Positions 43,480 to 57,295 of a stretch of DNA of 64,000 nucleotides are shown here, piece after piece. The translations under genes were made by a program, and so were the position numbers. Every line of letters starts with the position of its first letter. The stretch's first letter is position 1. This DNA is from the human T2T-CHM13v2.0 reference genome, Homo sapiens. The stretch is from assembly GCF_009914755.1 (NCBI RefSeq), contig NC_060944.1. One strand, given 5' to 3'. The notes under the pieces were generated by a model. The model searched no databases, was not told the origin of the DNA, and worked only from the letters and a program-made list of their open reading frames with translations.

Positions 43480-44060
43480 TTCTTCCGGCCCCCACCCGTG
43501 GCGATCCCAGCCTCCAGGTTCCCGGCAGTCGCCCCGCCTCGCCCGTCACAACCCTGCCGCGTGGGGCCGGGGTTGGAGGGGGCGGAGCGCGCGGTCCGGG
43601 CACACGGAGCAGGTTGGGACCGCGGCGGGTACCGGGGCCGGGGCGCCATGCGGAGGCCGAGCGTGCGCGCGGCCGGGCTGGTCCTGTGCACCCTGTGTTA
43701 CCTGCTGGTGGGCGCTGCTGTCTTCGACGCGCTCGAGTCCGAGGCGGAAAGCGGCCGCCAGCGACTGCTGGTCCAGAAGCGGGGCGCTCTCCGGAGGAAG
43801 TTCGGCTTCTCGGCCGAGGACTACCGCGAGCTGGAGCGCCTGGCGCTCCAGGCTGAGCCCCACCGCGCCGGCCGCCAGTGGAAGTTCCCCGGCTCCTTCT
43901 ACTTCGCCATCACCGTCATCACTACCATCGGTGAGCGCCCGGAGCCTCCCTCCGCGCCCGCTCCAGCCCCAGCCGTCCCGGGGCGCCTCTGGGTTTCGGT
44001 CCCACCTCTGCCCCCGCCCAGCTGAGCTACTTTGGACGGGTCATTTCGGCTCACCGAGCC
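43480..44060. promoter_or_regulatory. KCNK15: CpG island, KCNK15 promoter/exon 1
   Basis: Very high GC and dense CpG; GC box GGGGCGG near 43579. Confidence 0.85.
43648..43930 (+). CDS. KCNK15: KCNK15 (TASK-5, K2P15.1) exon 1
   Basis: Kozak gccATGc; [31 protein letters not shown]...[18 protein letters not shown] (TASK M1-P1); donor G|gtgagc. Confidence 0.98.
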
Positions 44061-45540
44061 TCCCTCATCTCCTTCGCCTCCCTCGTCTCCCTGGTCTCCT
44101 TTGCCCCCCTCTGCTGAATGGAGCTGTCAGCCCACGCAGGCAGGGACGGGAGGAATCAGTAAATCGAGTTTGCCAAAAGGCTGACCCAGGAGTGCTCAGA
44201 AAACGTCCAAGGGGCTTGGAGATAGGTGAAGCGGGGCTGGGAGACCAAGTGGCTGGATTTGCTTTTCCTTGCCTGGTTGCCTCACACTTGCTGTGTGACC
44301 TTAGACGAGTTGCTCAACCTCTCTGAGCCAGAGTTTTCTCTTCTGTAAAATAGTGTCGCTAATCGGCCTTATCTCAGGGCTGTGGTGAGAGTTATTATTC
44401 AGGAGACAGACTATGCACAGACAAGGCCTGTGCTAAAACATGACACATACAGAGCACTACAAAGAAAAGATCATTTTTTTATTATTGCAATTGTTATTGT
44501 TACCCCATGAGAATGGGGACCCAGTCTGTCTTAGGGACTGCTGTATGACCCGTGCCTAGCATGCAGTAGATGATCAATAAATACTTGTTAAAGGAATGAC
44601 TGATAACCACAGGCTCTGGACTCTGCCCTCAGGGATGCAGAGCAGTTCCTTTGGAGCATCTGGACCACCAGCTGTTGCCATGACTACCATCTGGCTGGTA
44701 CCTGCTGAGCCTAAACCTGGGGGAACAGGAAGGAGAGAAGTGGGCTCTGCAGGGCTCCAGGCTTGGTGCCAGCCACTCCCCAGGCTCCAGCTGTGAACGT
44801 CCCGGCACCCCCCCTGGGGCTTGGATCACCAGTCCGAAAGCCAGTGCCTTGGAGAAAGTTTCCCCATAATGCTCTTGCAAGTGAATATGAGCTGTGGTTT
44901 TTGCAGTGGAGTTAAAAGTATGAGTTCTGGAATCACAGAGACTGGAGTTCTGGTCTCATCTCTATTGCCACCTGCCTTCTCTGGCAATTGATTCCACCTG
45001 TCCAAGCCCTGGTTTCCCCAAAGGCAAAATGCAATTGTTCCTACCTCACTGGGTGACTGCCAGGTTTCAGTGAGGTCAAGCATGTAACATGCTTGGCACA
45101 GTGCCTGAAGCCAAGTAGGCACTATTCATTTGTAATAATTCATTATTTGCCAACGTGGCTCCAGCTCTTATTCAGCTCTTTTGCCCCCTCCTGTCCACAT
45201 GGACACCCCTGCTTCCTATCTTGGTACACCTGAGACCCTCCTGGTTACCGTGCCCACTGGTCTGGGATGCCATCAACTTGTTCTCTCTGCCTTTATCTAC
45301 ATTCTTTGGAGGCTTGCCATGTGGTTTTGGCCTCTTACCCTGGTTCTTTACCTCTGAGGTACGTCTGGGAGGCTGATGTAAGAGACTCAAGTGGAAACAG
45401 GAGGAATTTTGCCTTTTCTGGCCACTTGGGGGCACCACCACCCTCTGTGGTCTAGTCCGCTGAAGCCAGCCTTGCAGAGAGCCAGGTGCCAGGCCCCAGG
45501 AATTTGGGCTTTGCTTGGATGGGAGAGAGGCACTGAAGCA

Positions 45541-45694
45541 ATGGAGGGTGCTGGTTAATAGCTCAGGCCTGTGGAGGGTGCTGGTTAATAGCTCAGGCCC
45601 GTGGAGGGTGCTGGTTAATAGTTCAGGCCCATGGAGGGTGCTGGTTAATAGCTCAGGCCTGTGGAGGGTGCTGGTTAATAGCTCAGGCCTGTGG
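45541..45694. repeat. 30-bp minisatellite x5 in the KCNK15 intron
   Basis: Unit rtggagggtgctggttaatagytcaggccy, five near-identical copies. Confidence 0.97.
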
Positions 45695-46474
45695 CCTTTG
45701 GGCAGTTTTGTCCCTCTGAACCTAGTTTTCTTATCTATAAAATGGGAATAACAACATGTCATATAGTCATTGGGAGGGTTAAATCTGATAATCCATGCAG
45801 AGTACATACATGGGTTAGTTACTGTCATTATTAGTTATTATCATTATTCATTTCACTCTCTGCCAAAACCTGGCACAGTCCCAAACAGCTGGAAGCCTTT
45901 TATTCCTAAAGAGACTCTTCTGTTTCTCACCAGCACCCCCTTCAGCTTGGTTTGATTCAATAAACTCTCATTGAGCTTCTGGTCTACGTCAGGCTCTGTG
46001 CAGGACCTTGGTGATGGGGACTACACCACCATCGTCCCCGCCCTCAAAGAGCTCAAAGTCTAGTGATGAGCAGACCCCCTTTCTCCCAAAAGTAACAGAG
46101 AGGCAAAGTGATAGGGCTATGCAACAGAAATGTGGAAGTGCAGCCACAGGCCTTTAAATGTATGTAGTGCTGATATTCTGAATAAGTTATATATGCACAC
46201 AGTACACACTTCACAGGGCACAAAAGGGTATGGAATGAAAAGGAATTCTCCCTCCCACCCTGTCTCTCAGCTCATAAATTCCTCTTCCTGGGTCAAATAC
46301 AGTTGCCAGTTTCTTGTGTGTCCTTCTGGATATATTCTCTGCCTATATATTCCTTTAAAACACACACATTGTATAGACGTTATACACACAGTTTTGTCTC
46401 TTACTTTTTTCACTTATAGAATATATGTTGATGTTTTTATGTCAGTCTCTAAAGAGCTGCGTCATCTTGTTTGT

Positions 46475-46690
46475 AGGGTTTCTCAGCATTGGAACTACTG
46501 ACATTTGGGGCTGTGGGGACTGTCCTGTGCATTGCAAGATGTTTAGCAGTGTCCCTGGCCTCTACTCTCTAGATGCCAGTAGCACACAGCCATCCCCACT
46601 CCTCACCCCCATTTGTGACAACCAGAATGTCTCCAGATGTTGCCAAGTGTCCCCTCAAAGGCAAAACCACCCTCGATTGAGAACTGCTAC
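46475..46690. mobile_element. MER20-like relic nested in an old antisense L1
   Basis: agggtttctcagc...gggactgtcctgtgcattgcaagatgtttagcag...aatgtctccagatgttgcc...ttgagaactgct. Confidence 0.8.
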
Positions 46691-47284
46691 TCTGTAGTAT
46701 CCCATGGTTTGGATGGCACTATAATTTATTTAACCAGGCCCCTTTGGATGGACACTTACATTGTTTCTCATTTTCGCCATGACCGACAATGCTGCAATGA
46801 CGACCCAAGTGCACACATATTTTTGCTCATGTGTGTATATTGAAGGGCTAACTTCCTAACTGTGGAACTACCTTGGTCAAAGGATTTGTATTTTTTACTT
46901 TTTGGCAGGTAGGGCCAATCTGTTAGAGGAGGCGCATTCTTCTTGGCCTCCTGACTCTTCCTGGGGTACAGGCTCCTTTGAGAATACCATGAAAGCAACT
47001 GCTCCTCTTTCCAGGAAAAGACACACAATGAGATACCCATTCATTCCCCTGCAATGGCGCGGTGTTCCAGGACTCAAGATTGCCCAGTCGTGTTTAGATT
47101 CCCTATAGTAGTTGAAGGGACCCAGTAAGAATCGCCACGCCAGACAATCAGAACCAAAAGGTGTTCAGTGCGGGCAGGCTGAGCAGTGGAGGGGGAGGTA
47201 GTCAGGAGAAAAGGCATGTGGAGAGGACATGCTGACTGGGGAAGCAGCTCGGGGTGTAGCTGGAAAGTGGGGAAAGTTTTGCTT

Positions 47285-48574
<1,290 letters not shown>

Positions 48575-49560
48575 CAACCCCACCCAGGCCAGGGTCGAAT
48601 CTGGAATGGGAGGGTCTGGCTTCAGCTATCAGGGCACCCTCCCCAGGGATTGGAAACGGATGACGGGCCTCTAGGCGGTCTTCTGCCACGAGCAGTTTCT
48701 CATTACTGTCTGTGGCTAAGTCCCCTCCCTCCTTTCCAAAAATATATTACAGTCACACCATAAGCACAAACCAGGCTCCAGGGTCACCCTGTAGGAGCAA
48801 ATTCCTTGTAGTCCAAATTGTATGAGGGCGTGGCCACATCAGCACTTAGGAGAGGCTCTGCACAGGTCCACCTCAGAGCCGACCCTCCAGAGCAACTTTT
48901 CTGTTGTGAAGAGGCTGGTTTTCTGAGTAACGGTTGAAATGTGCAACTTTCAACACTGGAATCTTCGCTGCAATTAGTGAGGTCAGATGCTCACACTACG
49001 AGAAGCATGGGGAACAAAGGTGGACCAAATGGGACCGTGTACAGTCCAGTGTTGACAAGGGGGTCAATCTCTTGCGCTAAACGATCTCATTCTCTGCCCA
49101 GTGTATAGAGTGGAATCAGCCCATGTGTGAATGATGGCCTCTTTCCCCCAGACAGCTGATGCTCTTTGTCCCTGGCCAGCCCCACTTCAGGATGAGGGAG
49201 GCCTTGCTGTCACCCACCCACCATGTCACTGGGGCCACTTGGACACAGCAGAATGCCATGGGACGAGCTCTCTTCCGGGTCCTGTCAATCACCAGCAATA
49301 TGACCTTGGAGAATCGCATCCTCTCCCAGGGCCTCAGTTTCCACATCTGTAGAATGACGGGGTTCATCCAGAACCCTGCTCCCTCTTACGCATCTCTGGC
49401 AGGACTTTCTGGAACAGGCCCCTGCACCATAAGGGGGCAGAGACAAAGCCCGAGGTGTGGCATCCTGGCACCCCGTGGCACTCAGCCACTTCCCCTGGCT
49501 TCCCAGATAGGGCTGTCTCAACACAAAGCATGAACGAGCCAGGTTAGAAAAGCCAAAAAC

Positions 49561-49566
49561 TTTAAT
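49561..49566 (-). terminator. RIMS4: Probable RIMS4 polyA signal ATTAAA (defines a 3'UTR of about 4.3 kb)
   Basis: tttaat on + = ATTAAA on -, followed on - by U/GU-rich gtttttggcttttc...tttgtgttg. Confidence 0.6.
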
Positions 49567-50025
49567 TTCAACATGAGCTACATGGTCATGAACACAATGC
49601 AACGCGACCCCACTCCAACCCAAGGGCCCCAGAAACCCTCCCTCCCTAAAGGCCTGGGCGGCTGCTGCTCCAAGAGAGGGAATGAGGGAAAGGTGGGTGG
49701 ATGGAGAGAGGCCCCCAGCCTAAGGACCCAGGCTCCTGCCTTCCCACCACCCGTCCAGGAAGCAGTCATAAAGTGAAAGGGCTCCAGAGGTGATGCTCAC
49801 AGCCCTGGGTTCGGCTCCATTCTGACCTCCCTGAAGCGCTGGGTTAGACGGGCACCATCAGCCCACCTCACAGGCTCGGCGTCGGGTGAGCTCGTGGACG
49901 CTAATGCTTTCTGTCCACTCTGAGGTGCTGCTCCAGATGTGGGGCCCTCCCAGAGGGCCTCGGAGACACCATAGGGGAACAGGGAGAGGGGCTCGGTCCC
50001 TGGGCCTGACACAGCACTGCTGCTC

Positions 50026-50035
50026 AATAAATAAA
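50026..50035 (+). terminator. KCNK15: Candidate distal KCNK15 polyA signal (AATAAATAAA)
   Basis: First canonical AATAAA I found downstream of the KCNK15 stop; two overlapping hexamers. Confidence 0.55.
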
Positions 50036-53000
50036 TGCAGGTGACCTTGCCTGACGCAACAGCTGTGCCTCCAGAGGGGGTGGGACTCGGTACTGTTTCT
50101 GACACGGAAATGCACCCAGGAGCTCCTGGCTGAAGGGAATTGGCTTGTGAAGTACATAACCACCCCCTAAGCCACCTGCTCCACCTCTGGGTGTAAAAGA
50201 GTGAGCTCTGGGCTGTTGGAGAACCGAGTTCCAGTCCTGCCCACCCACTAACACAGTGGGACCTCAGGCAAGCACTTTCCCCTCCCAGGACCTCAGCTCC
50301 CTGCTTTGAAATGGGGATGACGGCACAGGCCACCACCTACTCCCCAGGGGCTCTTGTGAGGGCCGAAGGGCACACTCGAGATAAAAGCATTCTGAAAACA
50401 AAGTCTGAAAAGCACAACAGGAAGGCCAGGTCTCACTGCATCTGAAGGTTTGGGGAGGACTTGCCTGAAATGAGGCGCCCACAGCTGCTCCCATTCCCTC
50501 ACTGCCCCAGGCAGGAGCTGGTGTTTCCTAACTCTCCCTCCAGTTGGTCCTGAAGAGGCTATGGCCCCTTACAAGGGCCCTCCACCCAGGCATCAAGGTC
50601 TAGACCCAATCCTGTGTACCCTCAGTCAGCTGGGCCAGCCCCCAAGGAGAGCTGAGTCTCCCTGGCAACCCTCTCCCCCAGACCCAGGCCCAGAGAAGTC
50701 ACTGGTTTATAGAGGTGGAGCCCAGTAGGGCTGTGCAGCCCAGGGCTTCGAGGCCAGGAATCCTTGTCCCAGCAGACATGCACTGGAGCAACGGTCTCCT
50801 GTCGCCTGAAGAACAATGGAGCCCCTAGTTCTTCCCCCTTTGCACCCTTGCTGAGGGGTCTTGTGTGAGTCACTTCCTGTTTCTGGGCCTCAGTTTCCCA
50901 ACCTCTCAGATGGGCTACAGCTTGTCCTGCCCATCTTTTGGGGGGCCATTAGGCTTCAAAGAAAGAAGGGAGGAGGAGGTATGGGCAGTGGCAGCCCCAC
51001 CTCATACTGCCCTGGCTCCGGCTCAGCCTCTATTGGGAGGAGGGGACCCAGGCTGGGGGTGCCACTGAACACACAGGTGACTCCAGGGGTGGCTTTTCCC
51101 CCAAGCTGGGTCTTGATTTCCTTGTCTGTAAAATGGAAATGGACTAATGGTCCCAAAGGCCCTTCAAGGGGGTTCTGGAGAAGGAGAGTGGAGATGGCTC
51201 CTTCCCGTGGTATCCTGCATGTGATCTTGGCCCAGAGATTGAAAACAGTCATCCCCTGGAGACCCCAGCCCCCCAGTGGCCCCTAGTGCCAGCCTCTCTG
51301 CTCCTCTTCAAACAGTGCAGCCTGAGTCAGCAAGGGGCCAGGCAGTAGCGGGGACAGGATGGGCTTGAAGCTTCTCCGAAGCTAATGATGAAAATGTCAC
51401 TCTCCTCCCCAAACCCCCATCCCTTGGTGAGGACAGACCGTAGTTCCCACACCCAATGGTCACAGCCCCTGGGAAGGGGCACATGCTCACGATGACACAA
51501 AGAAACAGGGCTCCAGCCCCCAGCTGCTCCACCCCTCCAGGAGGTGAGCGGGATTTCACAGAACAAACAAGAAAATCATTGAGGGGGCCCTCACTGACCA
51601 CCCCCAGGTGTTGTTATTGCTTCGGAGCTCTCTCTCTCTTTATAAAGGCTGTGCAGACACCAGGGGAAGGGCTCAGGCTGTCAGGGCCAAGCCCCTGCTC
51701 CCCCTGGTTGGGACAGCCAGGCTCTGCCCTGTTTTTGAAAAGCTACCCCTGAACAACCACAGCGGTGATGGCTGGAGAGAGAAGGCGCTCTCCTGGCTCA
51801 AAATATTCCAATGGTAAGTAATAAACGAACAGCAGAGAAATCACACTGGTTAGAAAAACAAACAGGCAAGGGGCCAATTCTGTGCCTTGAATGCGAATCC
51901 CTCCAGAGCCCTGCTCCTTCCACCCCCAGCCTTGGGATTCCACCCACCGCGGTCCCAGGAAACTCTGAAGACCTCCTGGGTAAAGGGGGCGTCTCCATCT
52001 CCCCTTCCCAGTGCAGGGTAAGCAGCTCTGTGGAGGTGATATACATTGACCAGAACTTTAAAGAATACCCAGGGTTTCCACAGGCTAAGGGAAGGGAAGA
52101 ATTTCCGGGTGGAAGGAGTTGCCTGGTGGGACTGGGACCGGGACCGGGACCAGGAACAGGGTGGGACCAAAGGCAGCCTGGGTGTCCTCAGGAGAAAACA
52201 ACACCCTCTAATGGAGACCAGGCCCCCTCTGCCAAGGTCCTACAACCCTTAGGAGTCCCTCATAAAGAAAGTCAGTACCAAGAATAATAAATCAGAACAG
52301 CCGAGTATAACAGGCAGCTCCAGCTATAACCCTACGGGGACAAGGGAAGGAAGGGGGCGGAGGAGGAGGGGCTGGCCTCCTGTGAGCCAGGCTGCCCCAT
52401 CTAGGCCCAGGCCAGCGAGGAGACAGTGGTCTCCTGGAATGTACTTGAGGCTCCTCTCCACCCCCGGTCCTGGGACTCTGTAAGGACTATGCATGAGCTA
52501 AGAACAGGCCCCAGGGCTTGGAGCACTAACTCTACCTAGCTAACCTGGACTACGCCCTACACAGCAGGGACTAGGTAAAGAGTGGCAGGCTTCTGGGTGC
52601 CTCCCAGGGGAGGTGGCAGAAATGTGCTTCTATAAAGAGGGGCCAGCCTCCATCCTCCCTTGCATGCAAAAGGGCTCCCGCAGGCCCCAGGGAGGGCTGG
52701 GCTGGGAAGGCAGCTACCCAGGCCTGCTGGAAAAGGAATCTCCCAGTTCTTACACTCACGCCTCTTCACTTTTCTCTCCTACCGCCATCTTTCCTTCAGC
52801 CAAGGTAATTGAGGCCGGGGCAGTGGGTTCTGCCCTTAGTATAGGATGTTTTTTTTAAAAAGACTAAAATAGGGGGGCTCTATTTGCCTCCCCAGCCCCC
52901 TGGCCTGGAGGCAGGGTGGGTAGACAAGATGACCATTGACCTCATGCAACAAGGAGGGGTTCTCCAATTTGAGAAACCCTTATCTTGGCACCACCAGTCC

Positions 53001-53869
53001 CAATCCCAACTTTCCTTAGCCTCCCCCTCCAATACAGCACCCCCAAATGCTCTCTAGGGTTGGGGTTCTGGAAACTCAGGTTCCACAGCTCCTCCACCGG
53101 AACACAGACGACAACATTCTTTCTAGTCCGCCAGCGGTTCCTAAACTAGCTTGTTGCAATCCCATGGAGCGAGGCACCTAGGGGTCTGTGCCAGGCCCCC
53201 GGCACCTCCTCCTTTCCTTTGGTCCCTGCTGAACCCCAATTCCTAGAGCCACCAGAAGAGGGGCAGGCAGGAGGGGACGGACGGATGGACTCGGACAGGC
53301 TGCGGCAAAGCTCCTTCCACGGGCAGGCAGAGGGAAGCTCAAGCTCCTCTTCAAGTGGGGGGCTCTGGGCCCCTGGGAGCTGGCTCCGGATCCTTGCAAA
53401 GCTGCCCCTTCATCTCTGGGGCAGGAGTAGCTGCCTGAACCCGGTGCCGCAGGAAAGACACTTGCTGGTAATTGGCACCATGGAGATGGCCGGCTGGGTT
53501 CTGGACATGGCTCTGGGCAGCGAGCTTCCGAGGAGGCAAAAAGGGGGAGAAGTTGGACAGTTTGGGAAGGGAGAGTGGTCTGCTCTGCCACCTCAATCTT
53601 TCCTTTCTCTGGACTGCAGCCACATCCACCAGGTCAAGAACCGGCCAAGTCAAAAGTGTAGCCAATCCCGTTGGGAGAGGGGAGGTCTCGGGGGTAGGAG
53701 GCAAAGAAGGGGTGAGGAGGGGCCCAAGGGGGGGCAGGTCTCCCCGTTCTGCTTCCCCACTGTGGGGGAGAGCCCCGTCCTCCTGTTCAATGTGCCCCTG
53801 GGCCTGGGGTCCCAGGTCAGGGCTGGGTGGTCTCCAGGCCATCTTGGGGAGCCCCTCCCCATTCCAGCA

Positions 53870-54088
53870 CTAAGATCGTTCTCCGCAGGGCCCCACGGTG
53901 CTCTCGAGGGACAACTGGGATGCCTGCCGGAGCAGGGGGCCTGTGGCTGGGTCCACCATGGAGGAGGTGGGGAAGAGCTTGTACCAGCCCACGGCCAGGG
54001 TGGTCAAGTCCAGCTCCTCCAGCAGCACGCGAGCCACACCCATGAACTGCTTCCGCTCCATCCGCCCGTAGTTCCCCCACACGATCAC
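53870..54088 (-). CDS. RIMS4: RIMS4 last coding exon (VIVWGNYGRMERKQFMG...GERS*)
   Basis: Acceptor ccccacag|GTG; C2B end GWYKLFP; TAG at 53872-53870. Upstream exons lie beyond the window. Confidence 0.96.
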   Translation of the reverse strand: MIVWGNYGRMERKQFMGVARVLLEELDLTTLAVGWYKLFPTSSMVDPATGPLLRQASQLSLESTVGPCGERS

Positions 54089-54633
54089 CTGTGGGGCAAG
54101 AGACACAGTGGTTCAAATCCTGCCAGTGCCACTCACAGGCCCAGAAGCAGAACCTGGGTCGCCCCATGCCCAATCCAGCTCAGTCCTGTGATTTCTACCT
54201 CCTTAAAACTGCAATTCCTCAACAGGCCTTTCTTATCACGGGGCATCACACCAAGCCCCTGGCCTCCAGAGGCTGTTGATGGTAATGGTGACGGTGACGA
54301 TGGTAATGGGTAGAACACTTGCTGTAGGCAAAACTGCAAATACTTTTCCTGCACACAGCACACATTCCACTGGCACCAGAATGTTATCAGGTAGGTACTA
54401 TTAGGGTCCCCGCTTTACAGATGAAGGAACTGAGGGTCAGAAGGGAACTTGTTCAAAGTTGTGCAGTAAGTTGTGGAGCTCAGTTCAGCCACAGTGAACT
54501 GAGGGCCTCGCCTGTTTCCTCCAGGCGAGGCCCTCCAGAGACACCCCCCGCCAGGGGTGCCCTCCTCTCATTCTGGTACTGTGCATGTGTGCTCGTGCAC
54601 ACACACACACGTGAGCGCGTCAATGCCCCTCAC

Positions 54634-54773
54634 CTGGAGGACTTTGCCCTGGGGACTCTCAGGAAACAGCAGCACCTGGTTATACAGTGGGTCCAGCGAC
54701 TTGCGAGCGACTTTGGTCTTCTTCTTGGCAATGCAGATGCCATTCTCTAGCAGGTAGGCCTTGATGTAGGCCG
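54634..54773 (-). CDS. RIMS4: RIMS4 exon (AYIKAYLLENGICIAKKKTKVARKSLDPLYNQVLLFPESPQGKVLQ)
   Basis: Acceptor tccccag|CG, donor CAG|gtgagg; RIM C2B polylysine KKKTK. Confidence 0.96.
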
Positions 54774-55405
54774 CTGGGGATAGAGGCCAGCAGGGGTGAG
54801 TTCTAGTTTGGCCCTCAAATGGTGGGCAAAGGGTGCAACAGAGGGAGGCTGCCCACCCTCTGCTGGAGATAGGTGTGCCCCCATGGGGTCTGGGGAGGAC
54901 GCACCAGGACACATGGGGGGTGGGCATTTGGGGGCAGCAGGTACAGCTGGGCTTGGGTGCAGCCTGCCCCACCTCCTCTGGTGGTCCTCACTGTCTCCAC
55001 CCTTCCTTTGCTCACTCTGTGCTCACCTGTTTCCTCTCTCAGTCCATAATGTGCCCACCCCCTCCCTGGCTTATGCATCTATCTGCTGACCCCCTCACTC
55101 ACCAAGCCTGAGCACCTACTGCATGCCAAGAACCCTGCTAGGCACTGGGGTATAATGATAAGCTGGAAAGATGGTCCCTGCCTTCCAGGAGCTCAGTCCA
55201 GTGGAGGAGAGGAACAAGGTCAACAGACAATCTCAACTGGCTCTTCAAACAAACCCTAAACTACCAATTCCACATAAGACATCAGAGTTGGGACAGGGGG
55301 TCCCCACAGTTGGGCCCAATTTTCTCTCTTCAAGGCCCTCAGTACCCATCAGGATATCCTCCCTGACCTCCACCCCCACCTTGCAGGGGAAGGTAGGCCC
55401 CAGAC

Positions 55406-55507
55406 CTGGCAGTGTCTTGGAGCCTGGCTTGGCTGTCAGTCCCCGAGCCTGGATAATGTCCACCTCCAACTGACCGTTCCGCTCCTGCAGACCGATCTCC
55501 ACATCCC
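55406..55507 (-). CDS. RIMS4: RIMS4 exon, C2B start (DVEIGLQERNGQLEVDIIQARGLTAKPGSKTLP)
   Basis: Acceptor cttccag|GG, donor G|gtctgg; 102 nt, phase 1-1. Confidence 0.95.
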
Positions 55508-55807
55508 CTGGAAGAGGCACCAAGAGATGAGACTGGGAAATGGTTCAGAAGCTCAAGCTTGGACTCAGCTCTTCTCCTTTACTTAGGGCTGAAACCCCCT
55601 TCCCCTGCTCCCAGCCCAGAATAAGACCAGAACCAACTCCCACCAAGTGCCTAGGCTCTGCTGAGGGCTTGAGAGTGTGCCCTGGGCTCTAGGCGGCATG
55701 CGCAGAGGATGGATCAACAGGCAAAGGGGAAGGAGGGAGAGACGCTGAGCTTCTGGTGTGACACCCAACTCCCCTAGTCCATTTGAAACCAGCCTTGGGG
55801 CACTCAC

Positions 55808-55920
55808 CCATGGGTGTGGTGGCCAGGGTCTGGCGGCCCACAAACTGTGCCGGCCCCATGCTTCCCAGGAAGTCACTGAACTGGGCGTCCGACGCCAGGC
55901 AAACTCCTCCATAGTTAAGG
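55808..55920 (-). CDS. RIMS4: RIMS4 internal exon (LNYGGVCLASDAQFSDFLGSMGPAQFVGRQTLATTPMG)
   Basis: Acceptor tcttgcag|C, donor G|gtgagt; conserved RIM pre-C2B motif GPAQFVGRQTLA. Confidence 0.95.
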
Positions 55921-56079
55921 CTGCAAGAGGAAAAGGTGAGACAAAGCACACATTCCCAGTGGTTTACCAACAACTCTGGACTCAAGCAGTCAACCTCCAT
56001 GCAATGGATATGCTGAAACTTCCCTCTTGGGATGGAGATAAGGTTTACCCAGTATCTGGCTCATGTGGTTTAGTGCCTT

Positions 56080-56245
56080 GATACTCAAAGTGTGGTTCAG
56101 AGACCAGCAGCATCAGCATCACCTGGGAACTAATTAGATACATAGAACTGCAGCCCACTCCACCCCCAGCTGCTGAATCAGAATCTGAATTTTAATGCGA
56201 GCCCCAGATGATGCCCTTGCACGTGAAAGTGTGAGCTGCACTGCA
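56080..56245. mobile_element. MER5A-like relic
   Basis: actcaaagtgtggttcagagaccagcagcatcagcatcacctgggaact...gaatcagaatctg...aaagtgtgag. Confidence 0.75.
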
Positions 56246-56967
56246 AACGGCTCTAGACTCTGAGGGGTGCATTTCTTGCGGCTGCTTGGCTACCTAATAT
56301 CCACTTCCCCTTCCTCTGGTAACAAGATCTCAAATTTTCTTTACGGAACCCCCTCCCCGTGGCACATGATCACAGTGGGGTGGAGGGAACAGCTCCTGAG
56401 ACTGGGCCTCCAGCTCAGCCTGGCCAATCAGGGCATCCCTTCCCCTCGGCCAGTGATCAGCTCAGAGACAGGCATGTAGCCCAGTTCAGCCAACAAGAAT
56501 CAGGCCTGGAAGCTTTGTTTGAACTATGGGGAGTGAGACGCTCTCTTTCCCACCAGACTTGAGCCTGAGATGCAGGACTGGAGCTTCTGGTGCTATGTAG
56601 CTACCATCTGGATCCCGAGAATGAAACCATCAAAATGACAGCATTGTGTGAGCTCCTGGATCAAGCTCTGCCTGAAGCAAGCTACTTCATCTTTTGGTTA
56701 CGTTAAGTCAATATCAACAGCAACAACAAAGATAATTTTATTATTTTGCCTAAGACAGCTTTAGTCAGTTCTCCCCACTCCCTTCACTTCTCTAAGTATC
56801 TCTTTCCCATCTGTGAAATGGGAATAATAATGTTCCCATCTCCTAGGTCTGTTGTATTAAGTGCGATGAGGCACTAAGTACCATGCCTGATGTGCCTCTG
56901 TTATCCTGAGCACCAAAGCACTTGCAACCCATTTTCTCATCTGATCCTCACCACAACCACAGGAGGT

Positions 56968-57295
<328 letters not shown>

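Noticed and set aside
43068-44326. Long overlapping ORFs (262, 289 aa) around KCNK15 exon 1
   Set aside because: Products of the purine repeat and a GC-rich CpG island lacking stops; no recognisable domain
45172-45828. 218-aa ORF with RPELLTSTLH repeats; CRISPR-like look of the 30-bp repeats
   Set aside because: Head-to-tail minisatellite with no spacers, in eukaryotic DNA; the peptide repeat is a by-product
53219-54313. 364-aa + strand ORF antisense to the RIMS4 last exon and 3'UTR
   Set aside because: TTG start, low-complexity G/S/P-rich sequence, no recognisable family; likely a GC-rich chance ORF
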